64,000 bases of DNA from the human T2T-CHM13v2.0 reference genome, Homo sapiens, in contig CP086569.2 in NCBI GenBank assembly GCA_009914755.4, forward strand, positions 29,504,001 to 29,568,000. The letters are read 5' to 3'. The notes beneath the pieces are model-generated. The model ran no database searches. It was not told the origin of the DNA and worked only from the letters and a program-made list of their open reading frames with translations. Position numbers and translations under genes: made by a program. Positions 40,726 through 54,945 of the stretch are shown piece after piece. Numbering within the stretch: the first letter of the stretch is position 1; the number at the start of each line of letters is the position of its first letter.

Positions 40726-43700
40726 ATGGAATCGAATGGAAAGGACTCGAATGGAAATCACTCGAATAGAATGCAATTTAATAAAATAGGATCAAATGTA
40801 ATGGAATGGAATGGAAAGGAATCGAAACGAAAGGAATGGAGACAGATGGAATGGAATGGAACAGAGAGCAATGGTATAGAATGGAATGGAATCATCTGGA
40901 ATGGAATTGAATGGAATGGAAAAATATGAAATGGAATGGAATGGAATGGAATGCCCTTGAATTAAATGGACTGGAATGGAATGGACTCGAACAGAGTGGA
41001 ATGGAAAGTGTTGAGATAGAATGGAATGGACTCCTTTGGAATGGTGTAGTATGCAATGCAATCGACTGGCAGGGAATCAAAAGGAATGTAATCGAATGGA
41101 TTGGACTGGAATGCAATGGACTCGAATAGATTGGAAACGGAATGCAAAGGAATGGAATGGAATAGTATGGAATGGAATGGAAAGGAATGGAGTGGAATAG
41201 ACTAGAGTGGAATGGAATGGACTCGAAAGCAATGGACTGGAATGGAACTTTCTTGAATGGACTGGAATCAAACGGAATGGAATGCAATGCAATCAAATGG
41301 CATGGAATAAAATAGAATGAAAGAGAATCAAATGGAACTGAATCGAATATAATCGAATGGATTGGAAAGGAATAGAATGGAATGGAATGGAATTGACTCA
41401 AATGGAATGGACTAGAATGGAATGGATTCGAATGGAAGGCAAATGAATGGAATCTATTGGAATGGACTGTAATGGAATGGAATGGAAGGGATTGGAATGG
41501 ACTCGATTGTAATGGACTGCAATACAAAGGATGCGAATGGAATGAAAAAGAATTGAATGGAATAGAACAGAATGGAATCAAATCGCATGAAATGGAATGG
41601 AATAGAAAGGAATGGAATGAAATGGAATGGAAAGGATTCGAATGGAATGCAATCGAATGGAATGGAATCGAACGGAATGGAATAAAATGGAAGAAAACTG
41701 GCAAGAAATGGAATCGAAATGAATGGAGTGTTATGGAACGGACTCAAAAGGAATTGAATGTAATAGAATGGAGTGGAGTGGACTCGAATATAATGGACTT
41801 GAATGGAATGAAATCACATGGAATGGGAACGAATGGAATCGAATGGAAAGGAATCGAATCGAATGGAAAGGAATCGAATGGAAGGGAATGAAATTGAATC
41901 AACAGGAATGGAAGGGAATAGAATAGACGGTAATGGAATGGACTCGAATAGAATGGACACGAATGCTCAAATTGAATGGACTCGAATGGAATGGAAACGA
42001 AAGGAATGTCATCGAATGGAATTGAATCGATTGGAATGAAATCGCATAGAATGGAGTGGAATCAAATGGAATTGAATCGAAAGGAAAGGAAGCGAATGGA
42101 CTGAAATGAAATGGAATGGAATTGAATGGAAAGTAATGCAATGGAATAGAATGGAACGAAATTTCACGGAATGGAATCAAACTGAATGGAATCAAATCAA
42201 TGGAATCAAATCAAATGGAATGGAAAGGAATTGAATGGAGTAGATTGGATTGGATGGGATTGGAATGAAATGTACTGGAAAGGACTCGAATTTCATGAAA
42301 CGGAATGGAATGAATTGGAACGGAATGGACTCGAATGGAATGGAATGTCATGGAATGGCATCAAATGGAATGGCATCAAATGGAATGGAATCGAATGCAA
42401 TGGAATGCTATGGAATGGAATGGAATGCATTGGAATGGAATGTCCTCTAATGGAATGGATTCGAGTGGAATGGAATCGAATATAATGGAGTCGAATGAAA
42501 TGGAATTGAAAGGAATGGGATCGAATACAATGGAATATACTGGAATGAAATGTAATGAACTCGAATGTAATTGACTGGAATGGAATGTACATGAATGGAA
42601 TGTAATCGAATGGAAAGTAATCTAATGGAATAAAATCTAATGCAATAAAATCGACTCAGATAGAGTAGAATGTAATGGAATGGAGTGCAGTGCAATGGAA
42701 TGGAATGGAATGGAATGCAATGGAATGGAATGGAATGGAATGGAATGGAATGGAATGGGATGGAATGGCATGGAATGGATAGTAATGGACTGGAGTGAAA
42801 TGGACTGGAAAGGAATGGACTCAAATTGAAAGGGCTCGAAAGGAATGGAGTCAAATGGAATGGTCTGGAATGGAATGAACACGAATGTAATGCAATCCAA
42901 TAGAATGGAATCGAATGGCATGGAATATAAAGAAATGGAATCGAAGAGAATGGAAACAAATGGAATGGAATTGAATGGAATTGAATTGAATGGAATGGGA
43001 ACGAATGGAGTGAAATTGTATGCAGTAGAAGAGAATAGAATGGAATGCAAGCGAAAGGAAAGGAATGGATTGGAATGGAATGGAATTCATTGGAATGGAA
43101 GGGAATGTAGTGTAATGGACAGGCCTGGAATAAAGCGGAATGCTACGGTCTCGAATGGAATAAAAATGTATGGAATGGAATGCAATGAAACGGAATCGAA
43201 TGTCATAGAATGTAATGGAATGCAAAAAAATGGACTCCAAAATCATTGACTGGAAAGGCTGGGTGTCGAAAGGAATTGACTCCAATGGAATGGAATCGAA
43301 TGGAATGGAAGTGAATAGAATCGAACTAAATCGAATGGAATGGAATTGATAGGAACGGAATGGAAAGGAATGCAATGATTTGGCATGGAATGGAATCGAA
43401 TGGCATCGAATGGAATGGAATGGAATGCAATGGAATGGAATGTATTAGAAGGTAATGAACTTTAATGGAATGTCCTCGAATGGATTCGACTGTAATGGAA
43501 TGTTCTGGAAGTGAATGAACTCCAATGGAATGGATTCAAAAGGAATGGAATCGTACGGAATGGAATCTAATGGAATGGAATTAAATGGAAATGAATCAAA
43601 TTGAATAGCACGGAATTGAATTGAATGGAATCAAATGCAATGGAATCTAATGAAACAGAAAGGAAAGGAATGGAATGGAATGGAATGGGCTGGAATGGAA

Positions 43701-44279
43701 AGGAATCGAAACGAATGGAATGGAATCGAACTGAAGAGACTGGAATGGAATGCACTGGAATGGAAGGGAGTGTAATGGAAGGTTCTCGACAAAAATGGAA
43801 TCGAATGGAATGGAATTGAATAGAACGGAATAGAGTCGAATGGAATTGAATGGAATGGAATGGACTAGAGTGAAATGGAATAGAACCACAAGGAATGGAC
43901 AGGAATAGAATGGTCTCGAATTGAATGGAATCGTATGGAATGGCATCAAACGGAATGGAATGGACAGCCACGGAATGGAATGCACTCGAATGCAATGGAG
44001 TCGAAACTAGTGGACTGGAATAGAATGGACTTGACTGGTACGGACTCGAAAGGAATGGAATCGAATGGAAGGGAATCGAACGGAATGGACTCGAAGGGAA
44101 AAGACTGCAATGGAAAGGTCTCGAATGGAATGGAAATTTATGGAATGGAATGGAATCGAATGAAATGGAGTCAAAAGGAATGGAATCGATTGGCAAGAAA
44201 TCGAATGTAATGGAATCGCTAGGAATTGATGTGAACGGAACGGTATGGAATGGAATCCAAAGGAATGGAATAGAATGGA
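40726..44279. repeat. HOR unit U13, long form (3554 bp); variant type A
   Basis: Landmark spacing. Near-identical copies lie at +10666 (U16) and +14220 (U17). Confidence 0.8.
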
Positions 44280-47200
44280 ATGGAATAGAATGGAAAGGAC
44301 TCGAATGGAAATCACTCGAATAGAATGCAATTTAATAAAATAGGATCAAATGTAATGGAATGGAATGGAAAGGAATCGAAACGAAAGGAATGGAGACAGA
44401 TGGAATGGAATGGAACAGAGAGCAATGGTATTGAATGGAATGGAATCATCTGGAATGGAATTGAATGGAATGGAATAATATGAAATGGAATTGAATGGAA
44501 TGGAATGGAATGCCCTTGAATTAAATGGACTGGAATGGAATGGACTCGAACAGAGTGGAATGGAAAGTGTTGAAATAGAATGGAATGGACTGCTTTGGAA
44601 TGGTCTAGTATGCAATGCAATCGACTGGCAGGGAATCAAAAGGAATGTAATCGAATGGATTGGACTGGAATGCAATGGACTCGAATAGATTGGAAACGGA
44701 ATGCAAAGGAATGGAATGGAATAGTATGGAATGGAATGGAAAGGAATGGAGTGGAATAGACTAGAGTGGAATGGAATGGACTCGAAAGCAATGGACTGGA
44801 ATGGAACTTTCTTGAATGGACTGGAATCAAATGAATGGAATGCAATGCAATCAAATGGCATGGAATAAAATAGAATGAAAGAGAATCAAATGGAATTGAA
44901 TCGAATGGAATCGAATGGATTGGAAAGGAATAGAATGGAATGGAATGGAATGGACTAGAATGGAATGGATTCGAATGGAAGGCAAAGGAATGGAATCTAT
45001 TGGAATGGTCTGTAATGGAATGGAATGGAAGGGATTGGAATGGACTCGAATTGAATGGACTGCAATAGAAAGGATGCGAATGGAATGAAAAAGAATTGAA
45101 TGGAATAGAACAGAATGGAATCAAATCGCATGAAATGGAATGGAATAGAAAGGAATGGAATGAAATGGATTGGAAAGGATTCGAATGGAATGCAATCGAA
45201 TGGAATGGAATCGAACGGAATGGAATAAAATGGAAGAAAACTGGCAAGAAATGGAATCGAAATGAATGGAGTGTTATGGAACGGACTCAAAAGGAATTGA
45301 ATGTAATAGAATGGAGTGGAGTGGACTCGAATATAATGGACTGGAATGGAATGAAATCACATGGAATGGGAACGAATGGAATGGAATGGAAATGAATGGA
45401 ATCGAATGGAAAGGAATCGAATGGAAGGGAATGAAATTGAATCAACAGGAATGGAAGGGAATAGAATAGACGGTAATGGAATGGACTCGAATAGAATGGA
45501 CACGAATGCTCAAATTGAATGGACTCGAATGGAATGAAAAGGAAAGGAATGTCATCGAATGGAATTGAATCGATTGGAATGAAATCGCATAGAATGGAGT
45601 GGAATCAAAGGGAATTGAATCGAAAGGAAAGGAAGCGAATGGACTGAAATGAAATGGAATGGAATTGAATGGAAAGTAATGCAATGGAAGAGAATGGAAG
45701 GAAATTTCACGGAATGGAATCAAACTGAATGGAATCAAATCAATGGAATATAATCAAATGGAATGGAAAGGAATTGAATGGAGTAGATGGGATTGGATGG
45801 GATTGGAATGAAATGTACTGGAAAGGACTCGAATTTCATGAAACGGAATAGAATGAATTGGAACGGAATGGACTCGAATAGAATGGAATGTCATGGAATG
45901 GCATCAAATGGAATGGCATCAAATGGAATGGAATCGAATGCAATGGAATGTTATGGAATGGAGTGGAATGCATTCGAATGGAATGTCCTCTAATGGAATG
46001 CATTCGAGTGGAATGGAATCGAATATAATGGAGTCGAATGAAATGGAATTGAAAGGAATGGGATCGAATACAATGGAATATACTGGAATGTAAGGTAATG
46101 AACTCGAATGTAATTGACTGGAATGGAATGTACATGAATGAAATGTAATCGAATGGAAAGTAATCCAATGGAATAGAATCTAATGCAATAAAATCGACTC
46201 AGATAGAGTAGAATGTAATGGAATGGAGTGCAGTGCAATGGAATGGAATGGAATGGAATGCAATGGAATGGAATGGAATGGAATGGAATGGAATGGAATG
46301 GAATGGAATGGGATGGAATGGCATGGAATGGATAGTAATGGACTGGAGTGAAATGGACTGGAAAGGAATGGACTCAAATTGAAAGGTCTCGAAAGCAATG
46401 AAGTCAAATGGAATGGTCTGGAATGGAATGAACACGAATGTAATGCAATCCAATAGAATGGAATCGAATGGCATGGAATATAAAGAAATGGAATCGAAGA
46501 GAATGGAAACAAATGGAATGGAATTGAATGGAATGGAATTGAATGGAATGGGAACGAATGGAGTGAAATTGTATGCAGTAGAAGAGAATAGAATGGAATG
46601 CAAGCGAAAGGAAAGGAATGGATTGGAATGGAATGGAATTCATTGGAATGGAAGGGAATGTAGTGTAATGGACAGGCCTGGAATAAAGTGGAATGCTACG
46701 GTCTCGAATGGAATAAAAATGTATGGAATGGAATGCAATGAAACGGAATCGAATGTCATAGAATGTAATGGAATGCAAAAAAATGGACTCCAAAATCATT
46801 GACTGGAAAGGCTGGGTGTCGAAAGGAATTGACTCCAATGGAATGGAATCGAATGGAATGGAAGTGAATAGAATCGAACTAAATCGAATGGAATGGAATT
46901 GATAGGAACGGAATGGAAAGGAATGCAATGATTTGGCATGGAATGGAATCGAATGGCATCGAATGGAATGGAATGGAATGCAATGGAATGGAATGTATTA
47001 GAATGTAATGAACTTTAATGGAATGTACTCGAATGGATTCGACTGGAATGGAATGTTGTGGAAGTGAATGGACTCCAATGGAATGGATTCAAAAGGAATG
47101 GAATCGTGCCGAATGGAATCTAATGGAATGGAATTAAATGGAAATAAATCAAATTGAATAGCACGGAATTGAATTGAATGGAATCGAATGCAATGGAATC

Positions 47201-47832
47201 TAATGAAACGGAAAGGAAAGGAATGGAATGGAATGGAATGGGCTGGAATGGAAAGGAATCGAAACGAATGGAATGGAATCGAACTGAAGAGACTGGAATG
47301 GAATGCACTGGAATGGAAGGGAGTGTAATGGAAGGTTCTCGACAAAAATGGAATCGAATGGAATGGAATTGAATGGAACGGAATAGAGTCGAATGGAATT
47401 GAATGGAATGGAATGGACTAGAGTGAAATGGAATCGAACCACAAGGAATGGACAGGAATAGAATGGTCTCGAATTGAATGGAATCGTATGGAATGGCATC
47501 AAACGGAATGGAATGGACAGCCACGGAATGGAATGCACTCGAATGCAATGGAGTCGAAACTAATGGACTGGAATAGAATGGACTCGACTGGTACGGACTC
47601 CAAAGGAATGGAATCGAATGGAAGGGAATCGAACGGAATGGACTCGAAGGGAAAAGACTGCAATGGAAAGGTCTCGAATGGAATGGAAATTAATGGAATG
47701 GAATGGAATCGAATGAAATGGAGTCAAAAGGAATGGAATCGAATGGCAAGAAATCGAATGTAATGGAATCGCAAGGAATTGATGTGAAGGGAACGGAATG
47801 GAATGGAATCCAAAGGAATGGAATAGAATGGA
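44280..47832. repeat. HOR unit U14, long form (3553 bp); variant type B
   Basis: Private variants: the landmark atcgaatgg is changed to atagaatgg at 44280, a 15-bp deletion of aattgactcaaatgg lies near 44951, and there is an extra aattg pentamer near 44490. All reappear exactly at +14220 in U18. Confidence 0.8.
46267..46311 (+). repeat. Pure (AATGG)9 pentamer tract embedded in the HOR; copy number varies between units (about 4-9)
   Basis: By hand count: five pure repeats before gatgg in U4 (~10746-10770), four in U5 (~14311-14330), six in U13 (~42724-42753), nine in U14 here, eight in U15 (~49831-49870). Coordinates are accurate to about 2 bp. Confidence 0.6.
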
Positions 47833-50800
47833 ATGGAATCGAATGGAAAGGACTCGAATGGAAATCACTCGAATAGAATGCAATTTAATAAAATAGGATC
47901 AAATGTAATGGAATGGAATGGAAAGGAATCGAAACGAAAGGAATGGAGACAGATGGAATGGAATGGAACAGAGAGCAATGGTATAGAATGGAATGGAATC
48001 ATCTGGAATGGAATTGAATGGAATGGAATAATATGAAATGGAATGGAATGGAATGGAATGCCCTTGAATTAAATGGACTGGAATGGAATGGACTCGAACA
48101 GAGTGGAATGGAAAGTGTTGAGATAGAATGGAATGGACTCCTTTGGAATGGTCTAGTATGCAATGCAATCGACTGGCAGGGAATCAAAAGGAATGTAATC
48201 GAATGGATTGGACTGGAATGCAATGGACTCGAATAGATTGGAAACGGAATGCAAAGGAATGGAATGGAATAGTATGGAATGGAATGGAAAGGAATGGAGT
48301 GGAATAGACTAGAGTGCAATGGAATGGACTGGAAAGCAATGGACTGGAATGGAACTTTCTTGAATGGACTGGAATCAAACGGAATGGAATGCAATGCAAT
48401 CAAATGGCATGGAATAAAATAGAATGAAAGAGAATCAAATGGAATTGAATCGAATGGAATCGAATGGATTGGAAAGGAATAGAATGGAATGGAATGGAAT
48501 TGACTCAAATGGAATGGACTAGAATGGAATGGATTCGAATGGAAGGCAAATGAATGGAATCTATTGGAATGGACTGTAATGGAATGGAATGGAAGGGATT
48601 GGAATGGACTCGAATGTAATGGACAGCAATAGAAAGGATGCGAATGGAATGAAAAAGAATTGAATGGAATAGAACAGAATGGAATCAAATCGAATGAAAT
48701 GGAATGGAATAGAAAGGAATGGAATGAAATGGAATGGAAAGGATTCGAATGGAATGCAATCGAATGGAATGGAATCGAACGGAATGGAATAAAATGGAAG
48801 AAAACTGGCAAGAAATGGAATCGAAATGAATGGAGTGTTATGGAACGGACTCAAAAGGAATTGAATGTAATAGAATGGAGTGGAGTGGACTCGAATATAA
48901 TGGACTGGAATGGAATGAAATCTCATGGAATGGGAACGAATGGAATGGAATGGAAAGGAATGGAATCGAATGGAAAGGAATCGAATGGAAGGGAATGAAA
49001 TTGAATCAACAGGAATGGAAGGGAATAGAATAGACGGTAATGGAATGGACTCGAATAGAATGGACACGAATGCTCAAATTGAATGGACACGAATGGAATG
49101 GAAACGAAAGGAATGTCATCGAATGGAATTGAATCGATTGGAATGAAATCGCATAGAATGGAGTGGAATCAAATGGAATTGAATCGAAAGGAAAGGAAGC
49201 GAATGGACTGAAATGAAATGGAATGGAATTGAATGGAAAGTAATGCAATGGAAGAGAATGGAAGGAAATTTCACGGAATGGAATCAAACTGAATGGAATC
49301 AAATCAATGGAATATAATCAAATGGAATGGAAAGGAATTGAATGGAGTAGATGGGATTAGATGGGATTGGAATGAAATGTACTGGAAAGGACTCGAATTT
49401 CATGAAACGGAATGGAATGAATTGGAACGGAATGGACTCGAATAGAATGGAATGTCATGGAATGGCATCAAATGGAATGGCATCAAATGGAATGGAATCG
49501 AATGCAATGGAATGCTATGGAATGGAATGGAATGCATTGGAATGGAATGTCCTCTAATGGAATGGATTCGAGTGGAATGGAATCGAATATAATGGAGTCG
49601 AATGAAATGGAATTGAAAGGAATGGGATCGAATACAATGGAATATACTGGAATGTAATGTAATGAACTCGAATGTAATTGACTGGAATGGAATGTACATG
49701 AATGAAATGTAATCGAATGGAAAGTAATCCAATGGAATAGAATCTAATGCAATAAAATCGACTCAGATAGAGTAGAATGTAATGGAATGGAGTGCAGTGC
49801 AATGGAATGGAATGGAATGGAATGCAATGGAATGGAATGGAATGGAATGGAATGGAATGGAATGGAATGGGATGGAATGGCATGGAATGGATAGTAATGG
49901 ACTGGAGTGAAATGGACTGGAAAGGAATGGACTCAAATTGAAAGGGCTCGAAAGGAATGGAGTCAAATGGAATGGTCTGGAATGGAATGAACACGAATGT
50001 AATGCAATCCAATAGAATGGAAACGAATGGCATGGAATATAAAGAAATGGAATCGAAGAGAATGGAAACAAATGGAATGGAATTGAATGGAATGGAATTG
50101 AATGGAATGGGAACGAATGGAGTGAAATTGTATGCAGTAGAAGAGAATAGAATGGAATGCAAGCGAAAGGAAAGGAATGGATTGGAATGGAATGGAATTC
50201 ATTGGAATGGAAGGGAATGTAGTGTAATGGACAGGCCTGGAATAAAGCGGAATGCTACGGTCTCGAATGGAATAAAAATGTATGGAATGGAATGCAATGA
50301 AACGGAATCGAATGTCATAGAATGTAATGGAATGCAAAAAAATGGACTCCAAAATCATTGACTGGAAAGGCTGGGTGTCGAAAGGAATTGACTCCAATGG
50401 AATGGAATCGAATGGAATGGAAGTGAATAGAATCAAACTAAATCGAATGGAATGGAATTGATAGGAACGGAATGGAAAGGAATGCAATGATTTGGCATGG
50501 AATGGAATCGAATGGCATCGAATGGAATGGAATGGAATGCAATGGAATGGAATGTATTAGAATGTAATGAACTTTAATGGAATGTACTCGAATGGATTCG
50601 ACTGGAATGGAATGTTCTGGAAGTGAATGGACTCCAATGGAATGGATTCAAAAGGAATGGAATCGTGCGGAATGGAATCTAATGGAATGGAATTAAATGG
50701 AAATGAATCAAATTGAATAGCACGGAATTGAATTGAATGGAATCGAATGCAATGGAATCTAATGAAACGGAAAGGAAAGGAATGGAATGGAATGGAATGG

Positions 50801-51391
50801 GCTGGAATGGAAAGGAATCGAAACGAATGGAATGGAATCGAACTGAAGAGACTGGAATGGAATGCACTGGAATGGAAGGGAGTGTAATGGAAGGTTCTCG
50901 ACAAAAATGGAATCGAATGGAATGGAATTGAATGGAACGGAATAGAGTCGAATGGAATTGAATGGAATGGAATGGACTAGAGTGAAATGGAATCGAACCA
51001 CAAGGAATGGACAGGAATAGAATGGTCTCGAATTGAATGGAATCGAATGAAATGGCATCAAACGGAATGGAATGTACAGCCACGGAATGGAATGCACTCG
51101 AATGCAATGGAGTCGAAACTAATGGACTGGAATAGAATGGACTCGACTGGTACGGACTCCAATGGAATGGAATCGAATGGAAGGGAATCGAATGGAATGG
51201 ACTCGAAGGGAAAAGACTGCAATGGAAAGGTCTCGAATGGAATGGAAATTAATGGAATGGAATGGAATCGAATGAAATGGAGTCAAAAGGAATGGAATCG
51301 AATGGCAAGAAATCGAATGTAATGGAATTGCAAGGAATTGATGTGAACGGAACGGAATGGAATGGAATCCAAAGGAATGGAATAGAATGGA
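47833..51391. repeat. HOR unit U15, long form (3559 bp); variant type C
   Basis: Near-identical to U19 at +14220, e.g. the 168-aa frames 48561-49067 and 62781-63287. Confidence 0.8.
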
Positions 51392-54300
51392 ATGGAATCG
51401 AATGGAAAGGACTCGAATGGAAATCACTCGAATAGAATGCAATTTAATAAAATAGGATCAAATGTAATGGAATGGAATGGAAAGGAATCGAAACGAAAGG
51501 AATGGAGACAGATGGAATGGAATGGAACAGAGAGCAATGGTATAGAATGGAATGGAATCATCTGGAATGGAATTGAATGGAATGGAATAATATGAAATGG
51601 AATGGAATGGAATGGAATGCCCTTGAATTAAATGGACTGGAATGGAATGGACTCGAACAGAGTGGAATGGAAAGTGTTGAGATAGAATGGAATGGACTCC
51701 TTTGGAATGGTCTAGTATGCAATGCAATCGACTGGCAGGGAATCAAAAGGAATGTAATCGAATGGATTGGACTGGAATGCAATGGACTCGAATAGATTGG
51801 AAACGGAATGCAAAGGAATGGAATGGAATAGTATGGAATGGAATGGAAAGGAATGGAGTGGAATAGACTAGAGTGGAATGGAATGGACTCGAAAGCAATG
51901 GACTGGAATGGAACTTTCTTGAATGGACTGGAATCAAACGGAATGGAATGCAATGCAATCAAATGGCATGGAATAAAATAGAATGAAAGAGAATCAAATG
52001 GAACTGAATCGAATATAATCGAATGGATTGGAAAGGAATAGAATGGAATGGAATGGAATTGACTCAAATGGAATGGACTAGAATGGAATGGATTCGAATG
52101 GAAGGCAAATGAATGGAATCTATTGGAATGGACTGTAATGGAATGGAATGGAAGGGATTGGAATGGACTCGATTGTAATGGACTGCAATACAAAGGATGC
52201 GAATGGAATGAAAAAGAATTGAATGGAATAGAACAGAATGGAATCAAATCGCATGAAATGGAATGGAATAGAAAGGAATGGAATGAAATGGAATGGAAAG
52301 GATTCGAATGGAATGCAATCGAATGGAATGGAATCGAACGGAATGGAATAAAATGGAAGAAAACTGGCAAGAAATGGAATCGAAATGAATGGAGTGTTAT
52401 GGAACGGACTCAAAAGGAATTGAATGTAATAGAATGGAGTGGAGTGGACTCGAATATAATGGACTTGAATGGAATGAAATCACATGGAATGGGAACGAAT
52501 GGAATCGAATGGAAAGGAATCGAATCGAATGGAAAGGAATCGAATGGAAGGGAATGAAATTGAATCAACAGGAATGGAAGGGAATAGAATAGACGGTAAT
52601 GGAATGGACTCGAATAGAATGGACACGAATGCTCAAATTGAATGGACTCGAATGGAATGGAAACGAAAGGAATGTCATCGAATGGAATTGAATCGATTGG
52701 AATGAAATCGCATAGAATGGAGTGGAATCAAATGGAATTGAATCGAAAGGAAAGGAAGCGAATGGACTGAAATGAAATGGAATGGAATTGAATGGAAAGT
52801 AATGCAATGGAATAGAATGGAACGAAATTTCACGGAATGGAATCAAACTGAATGGAATCAAATCAATGGAATCAAATCAAATGGAATGGAAAGGAATTGA
52901 ATGGAGTAGATTGGATTGGATGGGATTGGAATGAAATGTACTGGAAAGGACTCGAATTTCATGAAACGGAATGGAATGAATTGGAACGGAATGGACTCGA
53001 ATGGAATGGAATGTCATGGAATGGCATCAAATGGAATGGCATCAAATGGAATGGAATCGAATGCAATGGAATGCTATGGAATGGAATGGAATGCATTGGA
53101 ATGGAATGTCCTCTAATGGAATGGATTCGAGTGGAATGGAATCGAATATAATGGAGTCGAATGAAATGGAATTGAAAGGAATGGGATCGAATACAATGGA
53201 ATATACTGGAATGAAATGTAATGAACTCGAATGTAATTGACTGGAATGGAATGTACATGAATGGAATGTAATCGAATGGAAAGTAATCTAATGGAATAAA
53301 ATCTAATGCAATAAAATCGACTCAGATAGAGTAGAATGTAATGGAATGGAGTGCAGTGCAATGGAATGGAATGGAATGGAATGCAATGGAATGGAATGGA
53401 ATGGAATGGAATGGAATGGAATGGGATGGAATGGCATGGAATGGATAGTAATGGACTGGAGTGAAATGGACTGGAAAGGAATGGACTCAAATTGAAAGGG
53501 CTCGAAAGGAATGGAGTCAAATGGAATGGTCTGGAATGGAATGAACACGAATGTAATGCAATCCAATAGAATGGAATCGAATGGCATGGAATATAAAGAA
53601 ATGGAATCGAAGAGAATGGAAACAAATGGAATGGAATTGAATGGAATTGAATTGAATGGAATGGGAACGAATGGAGTGAAATTGTATGCAGTAGAAGAGA
53701 ATAGAATGGAATGCAAGCGAAAGGAAAGGAATGGATTGGAATGGAATGGAATTCATTGGAATGGAAGGGAATGTAGTGTAATGGACAGGCCTGGAATAAA
53801 GCGGAATGCTACGGTCTCGAATGGAATAAAAATGTATGGAATGGAATGCAATGAAACGGAATCGAATGTCATAGAATGTAATGGAATGCAAAAAAATGGA
53901 CTCCAAAATCATTGACTGGAAAGGCTGGGTGTCGAAAGGAATTGACTCCAATGGAATGGAATCGAATGGAATGGAAGTGAATAGAATCGAACTAAATCGA
54001 ATGGAATGGAATTGATAGGAACGGAATGGAAAGCAATGCAATGATTTGGCATGGAATGGAATCGAATGGCATCGAATGGAATGGAATGGAATGCAATGGA
54101 ATGGAATGTATTAGAAGGTAATGAACTTTAATGGAATGTCCTCGAATGGATTCGACTGTAATGGAATGTTCTGGAAGTGAATGAACTCCAATGGAATGGA
54201 TTCAAAAGGAATGGAATCGTACGGAATGGAATCTAATGGAATGGAATTAAATGGAAATGAATCAAATTGAATAGCACGGAATTGAATTGAATGGAATCAA

Positions 54301-54945
54301 ATGCAATGGAATCTAATGAAACGGAAAGGAAAGGAATGGAATGGAATGGAATGGGCTGGAATGGAAAGGAATCGAAACGAATGGAATGGAATCGAACTGA
54401 AGAGACTGGAATGGAATGCACTGGAATGGAAGGGAGTGTAATGGAAGGTTCTCGACAAAAATGGAATCGAATGGAATGGAATTGAATGGAACGGAATAGA
54501 GTCGAATGGAATTGAATGGAATGGAATGGACTAGAGTGAAATGGAATCGAACCACAAGGAATGGACAGGAATAGAATGGTCTCGAATTGAATGGAATCGA
54601 ATGAAATGGCATCAAACGGAATGGAATGTACAGCCACGGAATGGAATGCACTCGAATGCAATGGAGTCGAAACTAATGGACTGGAATAGAATGGACTCGA
54701 CTGGTACGGACTCCAATGGAATGGAATCGAATGGAAGGGAATCGAATGGAATGGACTCGAAGGGAAAAGACTGCAATGGAAAGGTCTCGAATGGAATGGA
54801 AATTAATGGAATGGAATGGAATCGAATGAAATGGAGTCAAAAGGAATGGAATCGAATGGCAAGAAATCGAATGTAATGGAATCGCAAGGAATTGATGTGA
54901 ACGGAACGGAATGGAATGGAATCCAAAGTAATGGAATAGAATGGA
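51392..54945. repeat. HOR unit U16, long form (3554 bp); type A-like with a type C-like tail
   Basis: 51558-53915 matches U13 at offset 10666. The tail 54233-54945 matches the U15 tail 50679-51391 at offset 3554. Confidence 0.75.

Larger units (their letters stand above)
40726..54945. repeat. Four-unit (~14,220 bp) super-repeat block, copy 1 (units A-B-C-A)
   Basis: Every long ORF-track translation in 40726-49800 recurs identically or with a single residue change at +14220. Confidence 0.7.
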
